Shown in pieces: positions 1 through 8,302 of a DNA stretch of 41,845 nt. A model generated the notes under the pieces. It was given only the letters and a program-made list of their open reading frames with translations. It had not been told where the DNA came from and searched no databases. How positions within the stretch are numbered: the stretch's first letter is position 1; every line of letters begins with the position of its first letter. The position numbers were made by a program, and so were the translations under genes. This DNA comes from a virus (lineage: Duplodnaviria; Heunggongvirae; Uroviricota; Caudoviricetes), in IMG/VR virus record IMGVR_UViG_3300039314_000292, one strand, 5' to 3'.

Positions 1-516
1 ATGAAATTTAAAAAATGTCTTCTGCCCGTGGCAATGTTAGCGTCATTCACTCTGGCAGGATGCCAGTCAAATGCTGATGATCATGCCGCCGATGTTTATC
101 AAACCGATCAACTGAATACCAAACAAGAAACTAAAACCGTTAATATTATTTCCATTCTTCCCGCAAAAGTTGCCGTAGACAACGCCCAAAATAAACGGAA
201 CGCACAAGCCTTCGGCGCGCTTATTGGCGCTGTCGCTGGCGGTGTTATCGGCCACAACGTCGGGTCTGGCAGCAATTCCGGAACGACGGCAGGTGCAGTT
301 GGCGGCGGAGCTGTAGGCGCGGCAGCGGGTTCTATGGTGAATGATAAAACCTTAGTGGAAGGTGTTTCTTTAACATATAAGGAAGGCACCAAAGTGTATA
401 CCTCCACCCAGGTGGGTAAAGAGTGCCAGTTTACGACAGGTTTAGCCGTTGTTATTACCACGACGTATAACGAAACGCGTATTCAGCCAAATACCAAATG
501 TCCTGAAAAGAGCTAA
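1..516 (+). CDS. SlyB/Pcp-like glycine-zipper outer-membrane lipoprotein (171 aa)
   Basis: ATG at 1; signal peptide with lipobox LAGC; Gly/Ala-rich glycine-zipper stretch GALIGAVAGGVIGHNVG...AVGGGAVGAAAGS; overall layout resembles SlyB (memory). Could be host gene or phage moron. Confidence 0.7.
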   Translation: MKFKKCLLPVAMLASFTLAGCQSNADDHAADVYQTDQLNTKQETKTVNIISILPAKVAVDNAQNKRNAQAFGALIGAVAGGVIGHNVGSGSNSGTTAGAVGGGAVGAAAGSMVNDKTLVEGVSLTYKEGTKVYTSTQVGKECQFTTGLAVVITTTYNETRIQPNTKCPEKS

Positions 517-531
517 TAATCAGGAGGAGTC

Positions 532-1071
532 ATGAAGAAAGTTTTTCTTTGCGCCATCTTAGCCTCCTTAAGCTATCCGGCTATCGCCTCATCATTGCAG
601 GATCAACTCTCGGCTGTCGCAGAAGCGGAACAGCAAGGTAAAAATGAAGAGCAAAGGCAGCATGACGAATGGGTCGCGGAGCGCAACAGGGAAATCCAGC
701 AAGAGAAGCAACGTCGCGCAAACGCCCAGGCCGCGGCTAATAAAAGAGCGGCAACGGCAGCAGCGAATAAGAAAGCTCGTCAGGATAAACTGGACGCCGA
801 AGCCACTGCGGACAAAAAACGCGATCAAAGTTATGAAGATGAGCTACGTAGCTTAGAGATTCAGAAACAAAAACTGGCGCTGGCGAAAGAAGAAGCCCGC
901 GTTAAGCGCGAAAACGAATTTATCGATCAGGAACTGAAGCACAAAGCTGCGCAAACCGATGTGGTGCAATCTGAAGCTGACGCAAACAGAAATATGACTG
1001 AAGGCGGTCGCGATCTGATGAAAAGCGTGGGTAAAGCAGAAGAGAATAAATCAGATAGCTGGTTTAACTAA
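532..1071 (+). CDS. secreted charged coiled-coil protein (179 aa), function unknown
   Basis: AGGAGG RBS about 7 nt upstream of ATG 532; N-terminal signal peptide MKKVFLCAILASLSYPAIA; remainder K/E/Q/A/R-rich helical; followed by intrinsic terminator. Confidence 0.65.
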   Translation: MKKVFLCAILASLSYPAIASSLQDQLSAVAEAEQQGKNEEQRQHDEWVAERNREIQQEKQRRANAQAAANKRAATAAANKKARQDKLDAEATADKKRDQSYEDELRSLEIQKQKLALAKEEARVKRENEFIDQELKHKAAQTDVVQSEADANRNMTEGGRDLMKSVGKAEENKSDSWFN

Positions 1072-1113
1072 ACGATGTTAGTAACTTCAAACCTATAATT
1101 CTTTAGGATAAAA

Positions 1114-1147
1114 AACCCTCTGTAGTAACAGAGGGTTTTGTTCATTC
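1114..1147. terminator. bidirectional rho-independent terminator
   Basis: Hairpin AACCCTCTG-TAGTAA-CAGAGGGTT flanked by an A-run upstream and T-run downstream; sits between convergent + strand genes and the - strand lysis cassette. Confidence 0.7.
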
Positions 1148-1265
1148 ATAGTGCAGGGTCAAATCATTCCCACTCAATTATTTACGATAACCATAACCAA
1201 TTGAGTGATAACATTTTTCCAAATCTCAATTTTTCCCGTACCGTTTTATATACCGTCACCGGAAA

Positions 1266-1763
1266 TCAGTGCCACGATTTTTGCTTCTTCAGTGAATCGT
1301 ATTGCTGCTCGCAGAATTCCCCTGCGATACGATACTTTTCAGCCTCAGCTGCTGTTGCGTTGTAAACTCGGTTGCTTTCTTCAAGCATGTCGGCGAGCAC
1401 ACCGATGACCTTGCTGGCTGGCGTGCCAGGGGGGAAAGATCCGGTATAGTGTTCGGCGAGCCGCCTGGTTTTGTCAAGCTCGGCGCGCATGCTGTCAGCA
1501 GCGGAATTAGCATACTCAGCATCAGCACGCGCCGCATCGATACGGGATTGTGCTTCACGTTCAATTTGTGTTTTCTCCTGCTCACGCTGTGACCTTAACT
1601 TATCATCAGCCTGTTTCTGATCTTCCTTCGCCTGCGCATACCCGGCATCGTACTGACGGATGCCGTGCACATTCCAGGCAACAACTCCTGATATGACCAG
1701 AACAGCAAGCATCGCCACGATAAGTAACTGTTTACGGTATGCTTTTACAAATGCCCAGATCAT
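1266..1763 (-). CDS. Rz-like i-spanin (165 aa)
   Basis: N-terminal TM anchor ([18 protein letters not shown]), then charged coiled-coil periplasmic domain; immediately downstream of endolysin; contains embedded +1-frame lipoprotein ORF. Confidence 0.7.
   Translation of the reverse strand: MIWAFVKAYRKQLLIVAMLAVLVISGVVAWNVHGIRQYDAGYAQAKEDQKQADDKLRSQREQEKTQIEREAQSRIDAARADAEYANSAADSMRAELDKTRRLAEHYTGSFPPGTPASKVIGVLADMLEESNRVYNATAAEAEKYRIAGEFCEQQYDSLKKQKSWH
1289..1537 (-). CDS. Rz1-like o-spanin, embedded in Rz in alternate frame (about 77-82 aa)
   Basis: Alternate-frame ORF wholly inside Rz; lipobox LLTAC followed by Pro-rich sequence ([19 protein letters not shown]). Start chosen at internal Met; exact start uncertain (track ORF is 1289..1585). 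Confidence 0.5.
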   Translation of the reverse strand: MRRVLMLSMLIPLLTACAPSLTKPGGSPNTIPDLSPLARQPARSSVCSPTCLKKATEFTTQQQLRLKSIVSQGNSASSNTIH

Positions 1764-2389
1764 ACCGCCAGTACCTTACTTGCTGTGATGTACCGCGCAC
1801 GCCGGTCGTCGATACCGTTTCTGCCACCATTGATAATCAGAGTTACACGTGCAATATCGCCGGTATACTTCATGCATCCTTTGCTGGCGAAGAACCACGC
1901 CGCGCTACGAGCCGCATATTCGTCCTGCGCCAGCAGTTCAGGGCTCTCCAGCAGGTCAACCTTCAGACCGTTTCCGCAATCACGATAGTTATTCAAACCG
2001 GTAATCTGGATAAGTCCGCGCCCTCGGTAATTCCAGCCATCACCAGGGGCATTGTTCCCCATGCGTTTGCTGTATACCAGATTTGCGATCGCGCGCTGGC
2101 GCTCAAGTGGCAATGGTGGTTCACCAGCACGGCGCCCCAGTGCATTAGCCTGCCCCTGAGTGAGACGCCCAGCCCGAACGAAGTTAGCCAGTCCGCTGAC
2201 ACTGTAGTTGAAATTCTCCTGCAACCTGGTGAAGCCCCCAGACTCATGCCCGACTTGAGCAATAAACATTGCCTGATCTTCTGCTTTGCTGATACCAAAC
2301 TCTTTCATCGCAGAAGTTATATGCGAGAACCAGCGTGCGGCCAGTGCCTCGCTGATACCAGCAGCTCGCTGGAATTGTTTAATCTCCAT
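1760..2389 (-). CDS. endolysin, glycoside hydrolase family 19 (chitinase-like) lysozyme (209 aa)
   Basis: Start at internal Met ([11 protein letters not shown]...) preceded by GAGGT RBS, not the upstream extension in the ORF track; motifs [33 protein letters not shown] typical of GH19 phage endolysins (memory of SPN1S/epsilon15-group endolysins). Confidence 0.85.
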   Translation of the reverse strand: MEIKQFQRAAGISEALAARWFSHITSAMKEFGISKAEDQAMFIAQVGHESGGFTRLQENFNYSVSGLANFVRAGRLTQGQANALGRRAGEPPLPLERQRAIANLVYSKRMGNNAPGDGWNYRGRGLIQITGLNNYRDCGNGLKVDLLESPELLAQDEYAARSAAWFFASKGCMKYTGDIARVTLIINGGRNGIDDRRARYITASKVLAV

Positions 2390-2687
2390 GTTTAGACCTC
2401 GATACTTTAAAAATTTGAACGACGTTACCGCGCGTTTTAATAACCGCAGCCAGCATGACAGCGTTGATAATGACCTCAGATAAATCCACAGCCATTGGCG
2501 TACGTAACCAGATTGCATAGGCGACTCGAACAGGAATACTGGCCGCAGCAACAATCAGGAAATAAGCAAGCCATCCTCCCCACCTTCGATGTTGAGAGCC
2601 GTTACGCCGGAATGTGACAACGCGAATTGCTATGCCAGTGCAAATAACTGCATTGGTGATAAGCAAAAAAAACTCATGCGTTACCAT
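2379..2687 (-). CDS. holin/antiholin-like small membrane protein (102 aa)
   Basis: Three predicted TM helices; overlaps the endolysin start and the upstream holin-like gene end as in lysis cassettes. Confidence 0.55.
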   Translation of the reverse strand: MVTHEFFLLITNAVICTGIAIRVVTFRRNGSQHRRWGGWLAYFLIVAAASIPVRVAYAIWLRTPMAVDLSEVIINAVMLAAVIKTRGNVVQIFKVSRSKHGD

Positions 2688-3078
2688 CGTCTTTTCTCCC
2701 CGGAATTAACTCGCGTGGATTATCGGAACGGTGATAGAGCCATATACCAATACGCACAGCGACAATTGCTGACACGAATGCGCCTGCAGAGAAAACAATC
2801 CCTTTTTCAAAAGAGTCCTGCGTGATGGTAGGGATCAGGCTGGCTATGCCGATAAGAATTGATGCTGCTGGTTTGTAAAAGAGAAGGCCACAAAGAAAGC
2901 TGAGCATCGAAAGGAGCACCCGGCGACGGATGGGGTACTCTACTGCAGAGGTAACAAAAATTACCGCCCCAGCCAAAGCCCCTAAAGCAACCTCCGGAGG
3001 GACACCTGCAATAACCGCAGCAAGAGAACCAAAACTAAGCAACTGATTTAATTGCTCACTTGTTACTTGAGCAGACAT
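2674..3078 (-). CDS. holin-like membrane protein (134 aa)
   Basis: Four hydrophobic TM-like segments; first gene of lysis cassette, preceded by AT-rich intergenic region. Confidence 0.55.
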   Translation of the reverse strand: MSAQVTSEQLNQLLSFGSLAAVIAGVPPEVALGALAGAVIFVTSAVEYPIRRRVLLSMLSFLCGLLFYKPAASILIGIASLIPTITQDSFEKGIVFSAGAFVSAIVAVRIGIWLYHRSDNPRELIPGRKDDGNA

Positions 3079-3386
3079 ACTTTCTCCTGTTTACTATCTA
3101 TAAGCCAGTCAATTATTGATGACTAACCCCCGCATAGTAAACCATATATGAATCATTATTGTTCCATATCATATATCTCAATAAAAGTACTAATGATTTT
3201 ACAGAACGAGCCAGCAGAGTGAGGGCAGTTGTACAGGAACCATAGACTTAATTTTGTATTTAATAATGCTATGGTGTAATAAACCTGAACATGTATTTAA
3301 AATACGTACTGATTCATGATAGAATTCAAGGATAACTTTTCACAAACTCCGTTTTTGATACCCGCAAAATATTGCGGGCTTTTTTT

Positions 3387-6300
3387 TTAACGTTCTTCCA
3401 GAGACTGAATCCGCTCTTTTATCTTATCCATTTCTCTGCGCTGCCATGCTGCCTCGATATAGAATAAGAGATCAGGTCTGACCCCCCATCTAGATCCTGC
3501 TGGCGTTATTTCAACGCGCTCAATGATGTCTTCCATTACCATCACTGGATTATCATCCTCATCAACAATAATGCTCCCGTCATTATCAGTCAGCGGCATT
3601 TCCCTTTGGCCAGTAATGACGTCATCATATACTGCGGGATAATCGTCATAGCAAAGAAACGCATAGCGGCATGTTGTGCTTTCTTCTTCCATGAGTCCGT
3701 GAGAAATAAGAACATCACGAAGTTGCTGCGCGATTACACCATGATGTATCCTCGCCCCTTCTTCCCCCTTTATAGCGACAGCGTTCAGCCATTTATAAGC
3801 GATATACCTGACGTCACCCCAGGCATCCAGCAATGCTTCGTCAGGAGAGACCGGCTCTGTCTTTAATGTTCCGTCACTGGTAACCACAGGATTGGAGCCA
3901 AGATAAACTGTCGAGAACCTGTTTCCCGGACCACCAAGAGCATTTACATTATCAAGATAAGGTTTAACATCTCCGTTCTCAAAAAGATGTTCGAGTGCGT
4001 TATATACCGCGCGACGTGGAGTACTGCTTCCGGAACCATGCAACGTTATCATTGCACCATCTGCTGAAGACGTTGTTTCACCGCCGCTAACGATTAATCT
4101 CTGAGCGGTAACATCATCAGACGGTACTTTCTTCGCAATAATGGCGTAATTACCCTCAAGTTTGACTTCCGCGCGAACTTGTCCTGATGTACCTGCATGG
4201 ACAGTCAGTGACTGGACGGCAACATCATCTGTGAAATCAACGGGTACAGGAACCGTCCTCACGCCTGACGTCGACATAAAAGTAGGAAGCGTTCTGTTAG
4301 GAGTGGCTCCGTAGACAAAATCCCTTGAAACAAATTCTTCCTGTTTAATTTTCACCCTGAAACAATACAAATCAGCCGGGTGACCATCGTGAACATAAGG
4401 ATATTTTCTGTTGTTATCCCCTATGCTCCATGGGTTTAGAAAGTCTTCCCCACCGAAAATGTAGTACAGCCAGTTGTCTTTGATACAAACTGAACCAACA
4501 CCAACCGCAGAGTTAACTATTCCGCCCTGATAAATCTGATCAGTAACATTAACCCACTCTACATTATCCAGACTCCACTCATTGACGTTAACTCTGGTCA
4601 TAAATGTTCTTGGATAATTTCCTGCATAACGGTTATCAGGTTCTCCTCCTTCCCACTCACCAAATGCGCGCTCACTGCCAAAAATAATCAGCTCATCGCC
4701 AACTTTGGCAAAAGGAAGGTTTGAGTGATGAACATTATTTGGGAAGCGAAGAGAATTCCATGATGTACCTAAATCAGAGCTTCTGTGCAATGAACTACCG
4801 GGTTGAGTACTTAATGTCCCCCTGGTCGTCAGATACAGAATGCCATCATAATATTTTACACATGGCTCAGATGCATTCGCCTCATATTCTGCAGGTATGC
4901 GTCTGCGAACAAAGCTACCAGGAGAACCGAAAGCATCAGAGAAATAGAGTATCCCAAGCTCGCGTGGACCAATATCACCATTATGGTAGCCAACAGCAAA
5001 ACTGTTATCGCTAATCGTCGCAAAACTGTGAATCTCAGTAACAGGAGTGCTTCCGTCAACAAAAGAAGGAATAGTTCCAAGACTGGTTTTTCTCCATGGT
5101 GACGAGTGAAATGATGTACCAAAACTCCAGTATCTACCCTCGTTATTCTGATCCACATCCTGGGTATTTTGCGTCGTAACTGTAAAAGTATTTTTATCAA
5201 TAACAGTAGTCACCGTCATATTCCCGGTAACACCTGTAACACCAGAGTTTGAGAAGTTGACAAAATCACCAGCAAATAATCCGTGATCAGTAATGCGAAT
5301 ATAAGCGACTTGCTGATTTGCTGCTTTCGTTATACCACCATAAACGCGAAGGCTGCGACTCATTGGGCGATCCCACAACTCTGCAACCTGCAGTTTATTT
5401 CCGCTCACGGTCCGCGTCTCAATTACAGCAAAAAGGCGATTTCTGACAACCCCCATACTCATGCAGTGATAGTTAACTGTGGGATAGTTTTCATGTAAAT
5501 CTGTAAGCCATTCCGGCGTTGTCCAGGTCTTCCCGTCATCTCCTGAGCGAACCCATGCAACATGGAGGTTATTTACACCATGGCGGTCTCCAGCCATAAA
5601 AGGCGCATAGATGACATTGTCATATACAAACGTTTTATCCTGCGTCCAGGCGTTGTACCACGGTGTATCTGTAATTTTAAATAACTCTCCCTGGATAAAA
5701 TCTTCAGAAGCATAAAAAAGAGGCTGGCCCGGTATTCTCTCAAATAAAAAACGAGCATTTTTAAATCGACTGACATCCGGAAGAGTTGATACTTTAAAAG
5801 TAAGCCCTAATCCGTCAATTCTATAACCTGGAGATGAGGCTTCAAGGCACGCGCTTATTGCAGTGGAATCGTCATTTATACCATCACCAACAGCTCCAAA
5901 ATCTTTGGGGCTAATAGCATCACGCATTTTATCCTGGAACGTTCGGTACACAGCCCCAGAACCATACTGAATAAACCAACCAAAACCACCAACAACCCCG
6001 GCGATTGCAGCATCGACATAATTACGCATTGAGCGATTATTTACAGCGTCCTGCTCAAATGATGGATCTGCAAGGTTAGAAATTTTGTTTTGCTTTGCAT
6101 CGTAATATTTTGCAAGCAAAGATGGTTTCATCAATGCACGTCTGAACCACCCAAAACATTGCTGGATCAGCATCGTCAGGTAGTCAAAGGCATCTTCATG
6201 CACTTCGGGGAAAAATTTTCCCTGATTGCGAAGGTCTGTCTCCTGCACTACATCAAGCACACGATCTATCGTAATTCGCCATCCAGTAGCAAGCGGAGAC

Positions 6301-6506
6301 GGAAGAACCACAGAACCGCCACTATAAGTGCCCGCCCCAGTTACCGTATAACCGGTATCCAGAACCAATTCTGTTACGTTTCCGTTCAGGTCAGACACCT
6401 GAACAACCAGGTCTGATTTTCTGAAAATTCGAAAAGTATACGGAAACGATGTCGTAACGCCGTTACCGGTGTATTCGTTGTGGTCAACTTCGGTTGAGAC
6501 CGTCAT
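3387..6506 (-). CDS. tailspike / receptor-binding depolymerase with C-terminal intramolecular chaperone domain (1039 aa)
   Basis: N-terminal NEYTGNGVTTSFPYTF segment typical of podovirus spike N-termini; DFGAVGDGINDDSTAI beta-helix (pectate-lyase-3-like) signature; Asp-box motifs SGDDGKTW and SSDLGTSW; C-terminal about 160 aa with SDGTLKT motif resembling self-cleaving chaperone (peptidase S74-like) domains. Confidence 0.9.
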   Translation of the reverse strand: MTVSTEVDHNEYTGNGVTTSFPYTFRIFRKSDLVVQVSDLNGNVTELVLDTGYTVTGAGTYSGGSVVLPSPLATGWRITIDRVLDVVQETDLRNQGKFFPEVHEDAFDYLTMLIQQCFGWFRRALMKPSLLAKYYDAKQNKISNLADPSFEQDAVNNRSMRNYVDAAIAGVVGGFGWFIQYGSGAVYRTFQDKMRDAISPKDFGAVGDGINDDSTAISACLEASSPGYRIDGLGLTFKVSTLPDVSRFKNARFLFERIPGQPLFYASEDFIQGELFKITDTPWYNAWTQDKTFVYDNVIYAPFMAGDRHGVNNLHVAWVRSGDDGKTWTTPEWLTDLHENYPTVNYHCMSMGVVRNRLFAVIETRTVSGNKLQVAELWDRPMSRSLRVYGGITKAANQQVAYIRITDHGLFAGDFVNFSNSGVTGVTGNMTVTTVIDKNTFTVTTQNTQDVDQNNEGRYWSFGTSFHSSPWRKTSLGTIPSFVDGSTPVTEIHSFATISDNSFAVGYHNGDIGPRELGILYFSDAFGSPGSFVRRRIPAEYEANASEPCVKYYDGILYLTTRGTLSTQPGSSLHRSSDLGTSWNSLRFPNNVHHSNLPFAKVGDELIIFGSERAFGEWEGGEPDNRYAGNYPRTFMTRVNVNEWSLDNVEWVNVTDQIYQGGIVNSAVGVGSVCIKDNWLYYIFGGEDFLNPWSIGDNNRKYPYVHDGHPADLYCFRVKIKQEEFVSRDFVYGATPNRTLPTFMSTSGVRTVPVPVDFTDDVAVQSLTVHAGTSGQVRAEVKLEGNYAIIAKKVPSDDVTAQRLIVSGGETTSSADGAMITLHGSGSSTPRRAVYNALEHLFENGDVKPYLDNVNALGGPGNRFSTVYLGSNPVVTSDGTLKTEPVSPDEALLDAWGDVRYIAYKWLNAVAIKGEEGARIHHGVIAQQLRDVLISHGLMEEESTTCRYAFLCYDDYPAVYDDVITGQREMPLTDNDGSIIVDEDDNPVMVMEDIIERVEITPAGSRWGVRPDLLFYIEAAWQRREMDKIKERIQSLEER

Positions 6507-6610
6507 GTTAAATCTCCAGATAGTCGCAGCACCCGTTGCGCCGCATATCTGGTTATTCTATTACCTGGAAAACCACATATGGATAGAAAGGCTGTAAATA
6601 CGAATAGATA

Positions 6611-6625
6611 TTACCTTTCAGGTGA
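6611..6625. promoter_or_regulatory. operator-like site TTACC-N5-GGTGA (near-perfect copy of the repeated palindrome)
   Basis: TTACCTTTCAGGTGA about 40 bp upstream of the LexA box; 4/5 match in second half-site. Confidence 0.45.
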
Positions 6626-6662
6626 TTTGCAAAACGTGCTGGATAGCAAACAAATTATTTGC

Positions 6663-6682
6663 TACTGTATAAATATACAGTT
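6663..6682. promoter_or_regulatory. LexA (SOS) box
   Basis: TACTGTATAAATATACAGTT: CTGT-N8-ACAG with AT-rich spacer, matches E. coli LexA consensus TACTGT(AT)4ACAGTA; 21 bp upstream of ATG 6702. Confidence 0.7.
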
Positions 6683-6701
6683 ATTGCATGGAGAAGATAA
6701 G

Positions 6702-6959
6702 ATGCAGCAGTATCACTATCCACTGGAAGACGGATTTACCGAAAGGATTCACACGCCGGGAGGCGTCAGGTCACTGGTGGAGGGATCGCACTTGATGAAA
6801 TTACTCCGGGATCTCGATAAGGATGGATTTAATGTCGATGGCCCACTTGCCGAACTGACTGCACTGATTAACTACGTCACCAGCTCACAGATGTCTATGC
6901 GGGATCTGCAAACACATCTCGACTATTGTGCCGAACAATTACGAAAACAAACCAGATAA
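6702..6959 (+). CDS. small SOS-controlled protein (85 aa), paralog of the antirepressor C-terminal domain; candidate antirepressor
   Basis: ATG 6702 with GGAGAA RBS, favoured over upstream ATG 6579; product aligns to C-terminus of 7275..7985 (LMKLL/LMNLL, DGFNVDG/DGHDVSG, AELT, RDLQTH/RDIQTH). Confidence 0.55.
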   Translation: MQQYHYPLEDGFTERIHTPGGVRSLVEGSHLMKLLRDLDKDGFNVDGPLAELTALINYVTSSQMSMRDLQTHLDYCAEQLRKQTR

Positions 6960-6988
6960 GATTTGAAATTACCAATAGGAGTGCTTAT

Positions 6989-7007
6989 ATTTACCTTTGC
7001 GGTAAAT
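6989..7007. promoter_or_regulatory. operator-like 19-bp perfect palindrome ATTTACC-N5-GGTAAAT
   Basis: ATTTACCTTTGCGGTAAAT; perfect 7-bp inverted half-sites; between small SOS gene and antirepressor gene. Confidence 0.6.
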
Positions 7008-7096
7008 TTACATCGCACTCCTCTTGTGCCATAGTAATCGGGCACTGGCAAAATCCAGTGCCGGGATTGGCGTCCCGGGTTACTAAGTGGCGCATA

Positions 7097-7118
7097 CCAC
7101 GCCAGACGTGGTTTTTTT
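7097..7118 (+). terminator. putative intrinsic terminator preceded by two strong hairpins
   Basis: CCACG-CCAGA-CGTGG followed by TTTTTTT; upstream hairpins GGCACTGG-CAAAAT-CCAGTGCC (7041..7062) and CCGGGA-TTGGCG-TCCCGG. Confidence 0.5.
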
Positions 7119-7274
7119 ATGCGTTAAGCACAGCTATATCCGAATTATGGTGGGCTGGGCAGGGGTCCGAAAGGACGCCGGTACCACTTAGGCCGGTACG
7201 CCAACCTTGTCCAGTTCACCACCAGTAATTGGCGTTGCGGTGGTGATTAAAATCACTAAGTGGAGATAACCACC

Positions 7275-7985
7275 ATGGCTAATGCTCAAACTGCCATCTT
7301 CAAATTTGAATCTGTTAACCCTATCCGTTCCATCATTATCGATGGCCGACCATGGTTTGTAGCCCAAGACGTTTGTAGTGCGCTGCGTATCCAAAACGTC
7401 ACCCAAGCACTTGAAAAACTGGATGATGATGAAAGGTCTATGTTCAACATAGGGCATGAACATCGTGCAATTTTTGACAGCCGAGTAAAAGAGATCAACA
7501 TTATCTCCGAGTCAGGCCTCTACACACTGATCCTCCGCTGCCGCGACGCAGTGACACCAGGCACTATCCCCTACCGCTTTCGTAAATGGGTTACAGGTGA
7601 GGTTCTTCCTCAGATCCGCCGCACCGGAAGTTACATTAAAAACTCGCTCCCGCAGGAAGAACGCATAAAGATGGTTGCCGACCAGGTAGCCAACGCCACG
7701 GCGTCAGCAGTAATGCAGGCGATGAAGATAGAGAACAAAACCTACAGTGCCCCGCTGAAGCCCGGCTACCGCAGTCTGATTCATTCCCCATCTGGTGTTC
7801 TCGGCCTGACGGAGCACTCACTGCTGATGAATCTGCTGAACCAGTTACAGGAAGACGGGCACGACGTATCGGGCGCGGCGGCGGAGCTGACCACCATGTT
7901 CTGCTACATCGTCGGTGTAAGCAAATGCCTGCGTGATATCCAGACGCACGCGGAGTACATCAACGACAAGGCTGGGTTCTTCTGA
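7275..7985 (+). CDS. Bro-N domain antirepressor-like protein (236 aa)
   Basis: ATG 7275 with GGAG RBS; N-terminal Bro-N signature (FKFESVNPIRSIIIDGRPWFVAQDVCSALRIQN...); C-terminal domain paralogous to 6702..6959. Confidence 0.8.
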   Translation: MANAQTAIFKFESVNPIRSIIIDGRPWFVAQDVCSALRIQNVTQALEKLDDDERSMFNIGHEHRAIFDSRVKEINIISESGLYTLILRCRDAVTPGTIPYRFRKWVTGEVLPQIRRTGSYIKNSLPQEERIKMVADQVANATASAVMQAMKIENKTYSAPLKPGYRSLIHSPSGVLGLTEHSLLMNLLNQLQEDGHDVSGAAAELTTMFCYIVGVSKCLRDIQTHAEYINDKAGFF

Positions 7986-8051
7986 CGGGCGGCGGCACAG
8001 GGATGTGCTTCTGACATAATCATTTGCGGTGTGATGTAGATTCACGTAAGA

Positions 8052-8066
8052 TTACCTTAAAGGTAA
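8052..8066. promoter_or_regulatory. operator-like perfect site TTACC-N5-GGTAA
   Basis: ATTACCTTAAAGGTAAACC immediately upstream of the 8093 operon start region. Confidence 0.55.
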
Positions 8067-8092
8067 ACCATGGGTTTACATGAGGAGGAGAT

Positions 8093-8302
8093 ATGGGATT
8101 TTGGTTCGCTCGTACAAAAACGAGGGATAATGCACCCAGCCCTCAGGCAAAAAATGCAGAAGTTCCGGCGTCAGCGCAGGTTAACAAGCGTGGTGGAGTA
8201 TATATCTCATCACAGCAAATTTCTGAGCTTCCTGAGGTTAAGGAGATGCGTCGTCTCGCTGCTGCAATTGTTAAACAGGATCTTGCCACTGTAAGGAAAT
8301 AG
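8093..8302 (+). CDS. small hydrophilic protein (69 aa), first gene of accessory operon
   Basis: ATG 8093 preceded by GAGGAGGAG; stop overlaps the GTG start of the next gene; chosen over overlapping alternate-frame ORF 8070..8294. Confidence 0.45.
   Translation: MGFWFARTKTRDNAPSPQAKNAEVPASAQVNKRGGVYISSQQISELPEVKEMRRLAAAIVKQDLATVRK

Noticed and set aside
3079-3386. AT-rich region upstream of the lysis cassette as a defined late promoter or sRNA
   Set aside because: Only generic AT-richness and a hairpin with T-run oriented for the plus strand; no operator motif or convincing -35/-10 pair could be assigned.
6579-6701. Upstream ATG 6579 as start of the SOS-regulated small gene
   Set aside because: It would place the LexA box and operator inside the coding region; ATG 6702 has a GGAGAA RBS and the paralogy to the Bro-N C-domain begins after it. 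Not fully excluded.
8070-8294. Alternate-frame ORF 8070..8294 overlapping 8093..8302
   Set aside because: Arg-rich composition looks like an out-of-frame product; the 8093 frame has a GAGGAGGAG RBS and is coupled to the downstream membrane protein gene. Assignment remains uncertain.
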